Below the pieces are notes generated by a model that saw only the letters and a program-made list of their open reading frames with translations, did not search any database and was not told the DNA's origin. The position numbers and the translations under genes were made by a program. 64,000 nucleotides of DNA. It comes from Betaproteobacteria bacterium. GTDB taxonomy: Bacteria > Pseudomonadota > Gammaproteobacteria > Burkholderiales > SG8-39. This document shows positions 54,249 to 63,544 of this stretch, piece after piece; the stretch's first letter is position 1; each line of letters starts with the position of its first letter. Where the stretch lies: contig JBQTJX010000004.1 of NCBI GenBank assembly GCA_052386675.1, positions 71,330-135,329 of the forward strand. Reading direction: 5' to 3'.

Positions 54249-54366
54249 GAATTCGCAGCCCACCACCGTCCACCCCGCCGGCTCGGTCCTGCCGCGCCGG
54301 ACCGGGCGCGCGGGCTGGTTCTCGCCCGCGGGCATCGCCCTGGTCCTGTCGGCCTCGGCGCTGCTG

Positions 54367-56208
54367 ATGGCGCTGGGCTGGTGGACCTACCGCGCGGTGG
54401 AAGGCTCGCTGCAGGAGATCCGCGCCGTCACCATGCGCAGCCTGCTCGATGCGCAGGTGAACGCGCTGCGGGTCTGGGTGAAGGAGGAAACCGGCGATGC
54501 CGAGCGCGTCGCGCGCGAGCCGGGCGTGCGCGAGGCCGTCCGCGCCCTGCTCGCGGCCGCCGGAGGCGACGGCGCGCACCCGTCCGGGTACTGCGCCGGA
54601 AGCACGCGCGAGCGGCTGGAAGAGGTGCTGCGCCCGCTGCTGCGCGACATCGGCGATTCCACCTTCAACGTCGTGCTGCCTTCGGGCCGGCTGGTGGCGA
54701 CGCGCTTCCCGGAGTACTGCGGGCTGAACGTCACGGCCGACCGCTTCCTGCCGCAGCTCGTGGCGGTGTTCCGCGGCGAATCGCGCTTCATCCGGCCGTT
54801 TCGCGACGCCGACCGCGTCGCCGCGCCGCGGCAATTGCGCGAAGGCGCGGCATTCGGCTGGATCGCGACGCCGGTTCGCGACGACTCCGGCAATGTGCTC
54901 GCCGCGCTCGGCATCGCCGAACCGGCCGACGGCACCTGGAGCGCGATCCTCGCCGCCGCCCGCCCGGGCGACACCGGGGACGTGTTCGCGTTCGACGAAC
55001 GCGGCGAGCGCCTGTCGCAGGGCCGCTTCGGCGGCGATAGCCGCCTGGTCATCCCCGGCTTCGCCCCCTCCTCGCCCGAACGGGGCCAGGGCGAATCCAT
55101 GTCGCCGTTCCTGAACGCACGCGGCGCGCAGGTGATCGGCGCCTGGCGCTGGCTGCCCGACCTTGGCCTGGGCATCGCCATCGAGATCGAGGCCGCGGAA
55201 GCCTACGCGCCGCTGCAGTACCTGCGCATCGCCTTCGGCGTGGTATTCGGCGCGCTGGTGATCGCCGCCGCGGCCGCGCTTGCCTCCTGGCTCTCGGTGC
55301 TGCGCCTGCGCGGCGAGCTGGGCGGGCAGCGCAAGATCGGCGCCTATCGCCTGGAGAAGTCCATCGGCGAGGGCGGCATGGCGAACGTGTACCTCGCGCG
55401 CCACGACCTGTTGAAGCGCCCCTGCGCGGTGAAGCTGTTGAAGCCCTCGCGCGCCTCCGACGAGATGATCGCGCGCTTCGAGCGCGAAGTGCAGATGGCG
55501 AGCGCGCTCGCGCACCCGAACATCGTCGAGGTCTACGACTACGGCCGCAGCTCCGAAGGCCTGTTCTACTACGCGATGGAGTACCTCGATGGCATCAACC
55601 TGGGCGAGCTGGTGGCGAAGGACGGCGCGGTCCCGGTCGAGCGCGCGCTGCCCATCCTGCGCCAGGTCTGCGCCGGCCTGGCGGTGGCGCACCGCGCGGG
55701 CCTGGTGCACCGGGACATCAAGCCCGAGAACATCATGGTCTGCCGCCGCGGCGACGCCGAGGACGTGGTCAAGATCCTCGACTTCGGCCTGGCCAAGAAC
55801 ACCGTCGCGGAGCACAGCCGGGACCTGACCCGCGGCCTGCGCATCCTGGGCACCCCGCTCTACATGGCGCCGGAGCGCCTGCGCGACCCGGCCGACGTCG
55901 ATGCGCGCGCCGACATCTACGCCTTCGGCGCGGTGGCCTTCTTCATGCTCGCGGGCAAGCGCATGTTCGACAGCGCCGACGACCTCGGCCTCACCAGCAA
56001 GGTGCTCAACGAAGAACCGCCGCTCCTGTCCTCGGTCGCGCCGCAGCCCATTCCCCAGGCGCTCGACCTGATGGTGCAGGCTTGCCTGGAGAAAAAGCGC
56101 GAGAACCGTCCGCAGCGGATCTCGGATGTCGCCGAGGCGCTGGAGGCGATGATGGAGGAATCGCGGGAGGAACTGCGCGCCGCTAGTTCGGCGCCAGAAG
56201 CACCCTGA
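54367..56208 (+). CDS. Ser/Thr protein kinase with N-terminal extracytoplasmic-type sensor region (true start probably upstream of 54367)
   Basis: Kinase motifs GEGGMANVYLA, AVKLL, HRDIKPEN, DFGLA and GTPLYMAPE. One TM before the kinase domain. The frame is open upstream to 54235 and encodes the rest of a first TM helix. Confidence 0.85.
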   Translation: MALGWWTYRAVEGSLQEIRAVTMRSLLDAQVNALRVWVKEETGDAERVAREPGVREAVRALLAAAGGDGAHPSGYCAGSTRERLEEVLRPLLRDIGDSTFNVVLPSGRLVATRFPEYCGLNVTADRFLPQLVAVFRGESRFIRPFRDADRVAAPRQLREGAAFGWIATPVRDDSGNVLAALGIAEPADGTWSAILAAARPGDTGDVFAFDERGERLSQGRFGGDSRLVIPGFAPSSPERGQGESMSPFLNARGAQVIGAWRWLPDLGLGIAIEIEAAEAYAPLQYLRIAFGVVFGALVIAAAAALASWLSVLRLRGELGGQRKIGAYRLEKSIGEGGMANVYLARHDLLKRPCAVKLLKPSRASDEMIARFEREVQMASALAHPNIVEVYDYGRSSEGLFYYAMEYLDGINLGELVAKDGAVPVERALPILRQVCAGLAVAHRAGLVHRDIKPENIMVCRRGDAEDVVKILDFGLAKNTVAEHSRDLTRGLRILGTPLYMAPERLRDPADVDARADIYAFGAVAFFMLAGKRMFDSADDLGLTSKVLNEEPPLLSSVAPQPIPQALDLMVQACLEKKRENRPQRISDVAEALEAMMEESREELRAASSAPEAP

Positions 56209-56902
56209 CGATGCCCGCGACGAGCGCTGCCGAGCCCTTGTGGTTGGCGGGTTCGCGCGCGCTGCGCGGAAACTCGAAATGGATCGCGCGCCGCGCGATG
56301 GGATCGCCCAGGATCCCCAGCTTCTTGGAACAGCCGGCCCCGAAGTAGATGCGATCCGCGGGCTCCATCAGCAGCTCCAGCGCGGGATAGCCGGGCGTCT
56401 CCTCGCGCACCGCGGCGAGCATCGCGCCGTAGGCCGCCTTTGCCGCGCGGGCCTCTCCCGCGGAGAAGCCGACGGCGCCGACCTCGAGGTGGTTCGCGCT
56501 GCGCGGCTCGGCGTTACCGTGGATCTCGACGTACAGGCGCAGCGGCGCGCCGCCGGCGGCCTTCTTCGCGAGGTCCAGGTACCCGGCGTACACCTCCTGC
56601 GCCCGGTCGGTCTGCTGCTCCTGGGCACATGGCAACTGCGCGCCTTCGGTCGGGCGATTGACGTTGATGCGGCGCTTGTCGGCCTGGAAGTGTCGCGCGA
56701 TCAGGTAACCCGAACCGAGATCTCCTGCCGCCCGGTAGAGGATTCCGGGAGTGTAGGTGTCATGGGAACCGTGGGGAGCGGCGAGCAGGATGCCGTTGGC
56801 GGTCGCCTTGTGCTCGAATTCGCCAAGCGGGTGCTTGAGACGCGCCTGGGCGGAGACGGTCAGCGCCGGAATGGCCAGCGCCAGCAGCAACCAGCGCCTC
56901 AT
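56183..56902 (-). CDS. Secreted protein, possible FGase/DUF867-like zinc-hydrolase fold (tentative)
   Basis: Signal MRRWLLLALAIPALTVSAQA. AAPHGSHD..., ...INVNR... and ...YVEIHGN resemble N-formylglutamate-amidohydrolase-type motifs. The functional call is weak. Confidence 0.4.
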   Translation of the reverse strand: MRRWLLLALAIPALTVSAQARLKHPLGEFEHKATANGILLAAPHGSHDTYTPGILYRAAGDLGSGYLIARHFQADKRRINVNRPTEGAQLPCAQEQQTDRAQEVYAGYLDLAKKAAGGAPLRLYVEIHGNAEPRSANHLEVGAVGFSAGEARAAKAAYGAMLAAVREETPGYPALELLMEPADRIYFGAGCSKKLGILGDPIARRAIHFEFPRSAREPANHKGSAALVAGIVRVLLAPN

Positions 56903-57486
56903 CGCCGCGCCCACGCCAGCGCCGCCTCCAGCCGATCATTGCCCCAGAACAGTTCCTCGCCAACCACGAACGAGGGCGCGCCGAAGATGCCGAGCGCCTG
57001 CGCGCGGGCGGTCTGCTCGCGCAGCTTCGCCTTGGCTTCCGGAGATTCCGCGGCGGCGAGCGCGCCCGTGGGCGCGCCGACCGACTGCAGGACGGCGCCG
57101 ATCACCGCCGGGTCCGAGATCTCCCGGTCCTCGGCGAAGTTGGCGCGATAGACCTGGTGCACGAACTCCGGCAGCCAGTCCTCCCCGTCGAAACGGCAGG
57201 CAATGCGCGCCGCGAGCAGGCCGTTGCGCGGGAAGCGCGACGGCCGGCGCAGCGGCAGGCCCTGCGCCTCGCAGATGCGCTCCAGGTCGCGCCACATGTA
57301 GCGACCCTTGTCGGGAAACAGGTTGAACGGCGAGTCGTTCCAGCCCTGCGCATTGAAGATGGGACCGAGCAGGAATGGCCGCCATCGGATGTCGATGCCG
57401 GCCGCCTTGGCCGCACCGGTGATGCGCATGGCCGCCGGATAGGAATAGGTGCTCGCGAATTCAAACCAGAACTCGATGCGGTTCAT
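56899..57486 (-). CDS. 2-hydroxychromene-2-carboxylate isomerase / DsbA-like thioredoxin-fold protein
   Basis: MNRIEFWFEFASTYSY...GIFGAPSFVVGEELFWGNDRLE is characteristic of the HCCA isomerase family. Confidence 0.85.
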   Translation of the reverse strand: MNRIEFWFEFASTYSYPAAMRITGAAKAAGIDIRWRPFLLGPIFNAQGWNDSPFNLFPDKGRYMWRDLERICEAQGLPLRRPSRFPRNGLLAARIACRFDGEDWLPEFVHQVYRANFAEDREISDPAVIGAVLQSVGAPTGALAAAESPEAKAKLREQTARAQALGIFGAPSFVVGEELFWGNDRLEAALAWARR

Positions 57487-57502
57487 CCAACCCTCCTTCT
57501 GC

Positions 57503-57871
57503 CTAGGCCTTCCACGCCGCCCAGGCGAGGCACAGCCAACCCGCAAGGAACGCGGCGCCGCCGATCGGCGTGATCGCGCCCAGCCAGCGCACGCCGGTCA
57601 GGCTCAGGATGTAGAGGCTGCCGGAAAAGATCACGGTTCCGGCGACGAACAGCCAGCCGCTGGCGTTCACCGCGGTGCCGGGCCAGCGCGTGCAGGCCCA
57701 GCCGACGGCCAGCAGCGCGAGCGCGTGGTACATCTGGTAGCGCACGCCGGTTTCGAATGTGGCAAGCAGTTCGGGCGACAGGCGCGCCTTGAGCGCGTGC
57801 GCGCCGAACGCTCCCAGGCCCACCGCGAGGAAGCCGGAAACGCAGCCGAGCGCGAAGAAGAGGCGCTCCAT
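57503..57871 (-). CDS. DUF423 (YgdD-like) membrane protein
   Basis: 122 aa, four TM, GAFGAHAL...YQMYHALALL... pattern. Confidence 0.85.
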   Translation of the reverse strand: MERLFFALGCVSGFLAVGLGAFGAHALKARLSPELLATFETGVRYQMYHALALLAVGWACTRWPGTAVNASGWLFVAGTVIFSGSLYILSLTGVRWLGAITPIGGAAFLAGWLCLAWAAWKA

Positions 57872-57877
57872 GCTCGC

Positions 57878-58372
57878 TCAAAACTCGATCGCGTCGGCAA
57901 TCGCCTTGATCCCCGCCGCCGCGCAAGAGTCGTCGGCATCGCCGCCGGGAGCGCCGGAGACGCCGATCGCGCCCAGCGACGAGCCGCTCGCCTCGATCAA
58001 CTGGCCGCCGCCCACGGCAACGAAGCGCGGTGTGTTGCGAATGCCGCTCATCGGGCGTCCGGCCTGCGTCTCGGCGGCCAGATCACGCGTCGAGGTGCGG
58101 AAGCTCGCCGCGGTCCAGGCCTTGTTGATGGACACGCGCACGGTATGCGGGCCGGCGAAGCGGTCGCGCAACATCACCTGCACGATGCCGGAGCGGTCCA
58201 CCACCGCGACCGCGGCCTGCCAGCCCTGCCTGCGGCAATGCTCGAGGGCTGCCTGCGCGGCCTTCAGCGCAGTCTCGGGGGTGAGGGAACGGGTTGGGAA
58301 GGTGGCGTTCTGCGCGGTGGCGGCGCCGGCGGTGAGCGCGAGGACGAGTCCAAGGGTTGCGATGCGGATCAT
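57878..58372 (-). CDS. GlcG/HbpS-like (DUF336) haem-binding protein, secreted
   Basis: Start at ATG 58372 (MIRIATLGLVLALTAGAATAQ). ...VAVVDRSG..., ...SINKAWTAASF... and ...GAIGVSGAPGGDADDSCAAAG motifs. Confidence 0.8.
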   Translation of the reverse strand: MIRIATLGLVLALTAGAATAQNATFPTRSLTPETALKAAQAALEHCRRQGWQAAVAVVDRSGIVQVMLRDRFAGPHTVRVSINKAWTAASFRTSTRDLAAETQAGRPMSGIRNTPRFVAVGGGQLIEASGSSLGAIGVSGAPGGDADDSCAAAGIKAIADAIEF

Positions 58373-58430
58373 GGCTTGCTCCCGGTCAGTAAACGGATGT
58401 GGCAACTATACTGCGGCAGCAGGGCGGCCC

Positions 58431-58454
58431 AAATGTGCACGATCGGTAACATTT
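58431..58454. repeat. Degenerate copy of the palindrome family (AAATGTGCACGATCGGTAACATTT)
   Basis: The right arm GGTAACATTT and central GATC match copy 1. The left arm has 3 mismatches. Intergenic. Confidence 0.6.
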
Positions 58455-58460
58455 TTTCGG

Positions 58461-58718
58461 TCACAGGGCGTCCACCTGTCCCGCGATGCCCTTGAATGTC
58501 CCCAGCGCGAACAGCAGCACGGTCACGCCGTCGGCGACCAGCCCGGCGATGGACATCGCCTGCTTGTCCAGGATCCGGCCCAGGACCAGGAGCGCGAGTT
58601 GCAGGCCGACGCCGGCGCCCAGCATGACCAGCGACCACCCGGGCGGCAGGGCCCGCGACTGGAAGAACAGGAAGGCCCCGACGCCGTAGCTGATCAGGAC
58701 GCCGCGCAACGCGTTCAT
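58461..58718 (-). CDS. Small membrane protein (3 TM), unknown function
   Basis: 85 aa, hydrophobic. Its start overlaps the GNAT stop (ATGA-type coupling). Confidence 0.45.
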   Translation of the reverse strand: MNALRGVLISYGVGAFLFFQSRALPPGWSLVMLGAGVGLQLALLVLGRILDKQAMSIAGLVADGVTVLLFALGTFKGIAGQVDAL

Positions 58719-59176
58719 GGCAGGCGCTTTCGCATGAACACCCGCGCCAATCCGTCGTCGACGCGCCGGTCGTACTCGACGTAGCCGATCCTCGCGTACA
58801 GCGCCTGGTTCTCGGTCATCTTCTCGTGGGTGTAGAGGTAGATGGAATCGTGGCCCCGCCGCCGTGCCGCGGACTCCGCCAGTTCCAGCAGCACCCGCCC
58901 CAGCCCCCTGCCCTTCTGCGACGGCACGACTGCGACGTTGTCGAGCAGGAAGCCACCGGGTCCCGGGCCAAGGACGAGGACGCCCACGACCTCATCACCC
59001 AGGCAGGCGACGGTGACGTCTCTCGTCGCGATGACCTCGGCGTAGTCATCGCGCATCGGGCCGGGCAGCGTCCCGATGCGTTCGACGTAGTGCCGGTAGG
59101 CGGCGTGCACGCAAGCGGCCACCGCCGGCGCATCCGCCGCGACAGCTGATCGCAACTCCCAAAGTCTTTCCGCCAC
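58715..59176 (-). CDS. GNAT-family N-acetyltransferase
   Basis: ...VAVVPSQKGRGLGRVLLELAE... acetyl-CoA binding motif (Q/RxxGxG). 153 aa. Confidence 0.85.
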   Translation of the reverse strand: MAERLWELRSAVAADAPAVAACVHAAYRHYVERIGTLPGPMRDDYAEVIATRDVTVACLGDEVVGVLVLGPGPGGFLLDNVAVVPSQKGRGLGRVLLELAESAARRRGHDSIYLYTHEKMTENQALYARIGYVEYDRRVDDGLARVFMRKRLP

Positions 59177-59251
59177 GCTCGAATCACACCTCGGTCAACG
59201 GGATCGCTTCCGGATCGTTCTCCGGAACAGTACTAGGATAGGACGACCCGA

Positions 59252-59782
59252 ATGCCGCGCGCCAGATCGGACTCGACCCGAATCGACACCTGCATTGTTG
59301 TGCTGCGGGGGCATCGGGTCATCCTCTCCAGTGACCTTGCCGCCCTGTATGGCGTCCCTCACAAGAGGTTGAACGAACAGGTTCGGCGCAATCGGGAACG
59401 GTTTCCGCCGGATTTCCTGTTTAGCCCTACTAATCAAGAGCTTGGAATCTTGAAGTCGCAATCTGCGACTTCAAGTTGGGGCGGGCGGCGCAAGCCGCCC
59501 CTCGCATTCACGGAGCACGGCGCGGTCATGGCGGCCAACGTGGTGAACACGCGGAAGGCCATCGAGATGTCGATCTTTGTCGTGCGCGCGTTCGTGCAGT
59601 TGCGGGAGTCCCTGGAATCCCACAAGGACCTCTCGCGCCGAATCGATGATCTTGAGCGGAAGATGAGCAGTGGACTGGCCGAGCATGATGCCGCCATCCG
59701 CGAAGTGCTGGAGGCCGTTCGCCGCCTGATGCTTCCTGTCGATCCGGCGCCGCGCCGTCGGATCGGATTCATCCAGAGCTAG
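59252..59782 (+). CDS. ORF6N (KilA-N-related) domain protein
   Basis: IVVLRGHRVILSSDLAALYGVPHKRLNEQVRRNRERFPPDFLF...LAFTEHGAVMAANVVN matches the ORF6N pattern. C-terminal coiled coil. Confidence 0.8.
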   Translation: MPRARSDSTRIDTCIVVLRGHRVILSSDLAALYGVPHKRLNEQVRRNRERFPPDFLFSPTNQELGILKSQSATSSWGGRRKPPLAFTEHGAVMAANVVNTRKAIEMSIFVVRAFVQLRESLESHKDLSRRIDDLERKMSSGLAEHDAAIREVLEAVRRLMLPVDPAPRRRIGFIQS

Positions 59783-60987
59783 GCAACCAGCCCCACCATC
59801 GCCGCCACCAGGCAAGTCGCCAGCGTTCCCGCCGCGATGGACTTCATCCCCAGCGCCACGATCTCGCCGCGCCGCTCCGGGCACATCGTGCCCATGCCGC
59901 CGATCATGATCCCCAGCGAGCCGAAGTTGGCGAAGCCGCACAGCGCGTAGGTGAGGACCAGCCGGCTGCGCTCGGACAGTTCGGTGTTTTTCGCCAGCTC
60001 GATGTAGGCGACCAGTTCGTTGAGGACGGTCTTGGTCCCGAGCAGCGCGCCGCCGGCCTGCGCCTCCGCCCAGGGCACGCCGGCGAGCCACGCCAGCGGC
60101 GCAAGCACCCAGCCGAGGATCCCTTGCATGGAATACGGCGCGATCACCAGGTTGACCAGGGTCACCAGCGCGACGAAGACGAGCAGCATGGCGACAATGT
60201 TCACCAGCAGCTGCGCGCCTTCCAGCGTGCCGCGCGTGAGTGCATCCATCGCGCCGGAGTCGGTCGAGCGCAGGTCAATGTCGCCACCGGTCGGCGTGCC
60301 CTCGGGCGGCACCATGAGGAAGGCGATCACCAGCGCCGCCGGCGCCGAAAGCACCGAGGCGATGAGCAGGTGCGCAATCGCGTCGGGCATCACGCCCTTC
60401 AGGATGCCGGCGTAGAGGAACAGCACCGTGCCCGCGATGGAGGCCATGCCGCACACCATGATGGCGAACAGCTCCCCGCGCGAAACGCGCGCGAGCCACG
60501 GCTTGATGAAAAGGGGCGCCTCCACCATCCCGACGAACACATTGGCCGCGGTGGACAAGCCCACCACGCCGCCGACCTTCATGGTCCGCTCCAGCAGCCA
60601 GGACAGCGCGCGCACGATTGCCGGCAGCACGCGCCAGTGGAACAACAATGCCGAAATTGCGCTCATCACCAGCACGATGGGCAAGGCGCGGAAGGCGAGC
60701 ACGAAGCTGGAATTCGGATCGGTGATGGCGAAAGGCACCGCGCCGCCGCCGAGGTAGCCGAAGACGAACGCGGTGCCCGCCTGCGTCGCCTTCTCCAGCC
60801 CGAGGAGGACGTCGTTCAGCCACAGGAATGCGGCCTTGGCGCCGGGCAGCTTGAGCAGCAGGAGCGTGAGCACGAACTGCAGCGCGAGCCCCGCGCCCAC
60901 CGCCCGCCAGGGAATGGCCCGCCGCTTCTCGCTCGCGATCCAGGCCAGCGCCAGCAGCCCCGCAATACCGGCGAGCGCCTGCATCAC
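59779..60987 (-). CDS. nupC: NupC/CNT-family nucleoside transporter
   Basis: 402 aa, ...GTAFVFGYLGGG... and C-terminal ...LCGFANFGSLGIMIGG... motifs. Confidence 0.85.
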   Translation of the reverse strand: MMQALAGIAGLLALAWIASEKRRAIPWRAVGAGLALQFVLTLLLLKLPGAKAAFLWLNDVLLGLEKATQAGTAFVFGYLGGGAVPFAITDPNSSFVLAFRALPIVLVMSAISALLFHWRVLPAIVRALSWLLERTMKVGGVVGLSTAANVFVGMVEAPLFIKPWLARVSRGELFAIMVCGMASIAGTVLFLYAGILKGVMPDAIAHLLIASVLSAPAALVIAFLMVPPEGTPTGGDIDLRSTDSGAMDALTRGTLEGAQLLVNIVAMLLVFVALVTLVNLVIAPYSMQGILGWVLAPLAWLAGVPWAEAQAGGALLGTKTVLNELVAYIELAKNTELSERSRLVLTYALCGFANFGSLGIMIGGMGTMCPERRGEIVALGMKSIAAGTLATCLVAAMVGLVA

Positions 60988-61706
60988 GCCGGGAAGATCC
61001 CCGCGATGGTCTGCTGGATGGCGAGCGCGGCCGCACGCGGATCCGGCGCGTCGCGGATCGGCCGGCCGACGACGATGTAGTCGGAGCCCCCGCGGAAGGC
61101 CTGCGCCGTGTCCACGGCGCGCTTCTGGTCGTCCGAAGGTCTATCCCGTGCAGGATCGCCTTCGGCGATGGGCCGGATCCCCGGCGTCACCACCAGCAGC
61201 TTCGAGCCGAACTCGGCCTTCAGCTTCGGCGACTCCATGCCGGAGGCAATCACCCCGTCGCAGCCGCATTCCACCGCGCCGCGCGCCCGCGCCATCACCA
61301 GTTCGTCCACCGTGGCCGTGGAGCGCATCTCGGCGAGGTCCTTCGCATCGAAGCTGGTGAGCACGGTGACGGCGAGGATCTTCAGCGCGCCCTTTTCCTG
61401 CGCCGCCGCCGCCATCACCGAGCGATGGCCGTGCACGGTAAGAAACGTGGCTCCGCTGCCCGAGAGGTTGGCGGTGGCGCGCTTCACGGTCTCCGGGATG
61501 TCGTAGAGCTTCAGGTCGGCGAACACCTTGTTGCCGCGTTTCGCCAGCCACTCGATCAGCTCGAAGTAGCCGCCAGCCGAGAACAGCTCCAGCCCGACCT
61601 TGTAGAACGAGGCCGCGTCACCCAGCTTCTCCACCAGGGCGCGCGCCCCGGCGGCCGTGGGGACGTCCAGCGCGACGATCAGCCTTTCCCTGCGGGCAAT
61701 GCTCAT
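60984..61706 (-). CDS. pyrF: Orotidine 5'-phosphate decarboxylase
   Basis: LIVALDV, KVGLELF, FADLKLYDIPETV and IVVGRPI motifs. 240 aa. Confidence 0.9.
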   Translation of the reverse strand: MSIARRERLIVALDVPTAAGARALVEKLGDAASFYKVGLELFSAGGYFELIEWLAKRGNKVFADLKLYDIPETVKRATANLSGSGATFLTVHGHRSVMAAAAQEKGALKILAVTVLTSFDAKDLAEMRSTATVDELVMARARGAVECGCDGVIASGMESPKLKAEFGSKLLVVTPGIRPIAEGDPARDRPSDDQKRAVDTAQAFRGGSDYIVVGRPIRDAPDPRAAALAIQQTIAGIFPA

Positions 61707-62923
61707 GTTTTCTCCATCTCCGCGAAAAGTTCGCTCAACCGGACCTGCATGCGCCTGCCGACATCCTCCTGGTGCGCGGCGATCATGGCCTCGAGCGACT
61801 CGTCGCCGGCGCGCGCATCGAGGACGAACAGCCGGTAGACGTCCGCCACGCTGAGCGAACCGGCGTCGCGGACGAGCACCCAGGCGTCGCCGCCCGCGGC
61901 AGCCGCCCAGCCCGCCCCCGCCAGCCGGTCGAGCAGGCGCTCGCATTGCTCGGGCAGCAGGCGCAGGTCGTGCGCGAGTCTCGCCAACGGCCGCACCTCG
62001 CCGGCGCGCTGCGCCTTGACCAGTTCCCCCAGCAGCGCGAGGACATCGTAGAAGTGCTGCCCGGCGCCCAGGCCGCGCCTGCGGTCGCCGAAGCGGTAGC
62101 CGGGCACGAGCGCGGTCACCGTCCCGCCCAGCAGCACCACAACCCAGGACAGGTACATCCAGAGCAGGAACATGGGCACGGCCGCGAAGGCGCCGTAGAT
62201 TGCGGTATAGGTCGGGAAGCGCGAAATGTAGAAACCGAAGCCGCGCGTCATCAGCTCGAACAGCACGCCTGCGACGATGCCGCCCACCAGCGCGTGGCGC
62301 GCGCGCACGCGCCGGTTCGGCACCCAGATGTAGAGCAGCGTGAAGGCCACGCTCGTGAGCAGCACAGGCACCACGCCGAGCAGCAGGCGGCCGGCCCCCG
62401 GCACGCCCTTGGCGAAGCCGAGCGACGCCGACACCAGGTAGGAGGTGATGCTGACGCTCAAGCCGATGAGGATCGGGCCCAGTGTCAGCACCGCCCAGTA
62501 GGTGAGCAGGCGTTGCGCCACCGGACGCTCGCGGCCGACGCGGAAAATCTGGTTGAACGCGCGGTCGATGGTCAGCATCGTCATCAGCGCGGTGAAGGCG
62601 AGGAACACGATGCCCACCGCGGTCAGGCGCGCGGCGGCGCCGGAGAACTCCGCGAGGTAGCGGGTGACCGCGGTCGCGATCTGCTCGGGCAGCACGTTCT
62701 CCGCGAGCCACTCGTCCACGCCATTGGTGAACGCGCCGAACACCGGGAACGCAGTCACCAGCGCCAGCGCCACGGTGACCAGCGGCACCAGCGCGAGCAG
62801 CGTGGTGAAGGTAAGGCTGCCCGCGACCTGAAGGCAATGGTCCTCGAGCATGCGGTTGTAGGCGGCGACCAGGAAGCGGGACAGCTCGCCCAGGCTGCGC
62901 GGCGTGGCGTCGGGGAGTTGCAT
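61703..62923 (-). CDS. YihY/BrkB-family membrane protein with C-terminal soluble domain
   Basis: ...CLQVAGSLTFTTLLALVPL... and ...YGAFAAVPMFLLWMYLSW... motifs. 406 aa. ATGA-coupled to pyrF. Confidence 0.85.
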   Translation of the reverse strand: MQLPDATPRSLGELSRFLVAAYNRMLEDHCLQVAGSLTFTTLLALVPLVTVALALVTAFPVFGAFTNGVDEWLAENVLPEQIATAVTRYLAEFSGAAARLTAVGIVFLAFTALMTMLTIDRAFNQIFRVGRERPVAQRLLTYWAVLTLGPILIGLSVSITSYLVSASLGFAKGVPGAGRLLLGVVPVLLTSVAFTLLYIWVPNRRVRARHALVGGIVAGVLFELMTRGFGFYISRFPTYTAIYGAFAAVPMFLLWMYLSWVVVLLGGTVTALVPGYRFGDRRRGLGAGQHFYDVLALLGELVKAQRAGEVRPLARLAHDLRLLPEQCERLLDRLAGAGWAAAAGGDAWVLVRDAGSLSVADVYRLFVLDARAGDESLEAMIAAHQEDVGRRMQVRLSELFAEMEKT

Positions 62924-62950
62924 CGCGCCGCTATGATACCTTCGGCCGCG

Positions 62951-63544
62951 ATGGCCGACATTCTCGTCCTCTACTACAGTGCCGGCGGTTCGGTACGCCG
63001 CATGGCGGAGCTGGTCGCCGAAGGCATCGAGCGCGTCGCCGGCGCGCAGGCGCGGCTGCGCACGGTGCCGAAGGTGGCGCCGGTGACGCAGCTTGCCGAG
63101 CCCGAGGTGCCGCCTGCCGGATCGCCCTACTGCGAATTGCAGGACCTCCAGGATTGCGCCGGCCTGGCGCTTGGAAGCCCGGCGCGCTTCGGCAATGTCG
63201 CCGCGCCAATGAAGCACTTCCTCGAGGGCAGCACCACGCTCTGGCTGAAGGGCGCGCTGTCCGGCAAGCCCGCAAGCGTGTTCACCTCATCGGGCAGCCT
63301 GCACGGCGGGCAGGAGAGCACGCTGTTGTCCATGATGCTGCCCCTGCTCCACCACGGCATGGTGATCGTCGGCCTGCCTTACACGAACGCGGAGCTGAAC
63401 GCGACGCGGTCGGGAGGAACGCCCTATGGCGCGAGCCACTTCGCCGGCATGGCGGACGACCTGCCCGTGACCGACGCCGAGCGCGCGCTGTGCGTGGCGC
63501 AGGGACGGCGCCTCGCTGAAATGGCGCTGAAACTCCTGAAGTGA
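62951..63544 (+). CDS. wrbA: NAD(P)H:quinone oxidoreductase WrbA (flavodoxin-like)
   Basis: ILVLYYSAGGSVRRMAE..., GSPARFGNVAAPMKHFLE and SLHGGQESTLLSM motifs. Confidence 0.9.
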   Translation: MADILVLYYSAGGSVRRMAELVAEGIERVAGAQARLRTVPKVAPVTQLAEPEVPPAGSPYCELQDLQDCAGLALGSPARFGNVAAPMKHFLEGSTTLWLKGALSGKPASVFTSSGSLHGGQESTLLSMMLPLLHHGMVIVGLPYTNAELNATRSGGTPYGASHFAGMADDLPVTDAERALCVAQGRRLAEMALKLLK

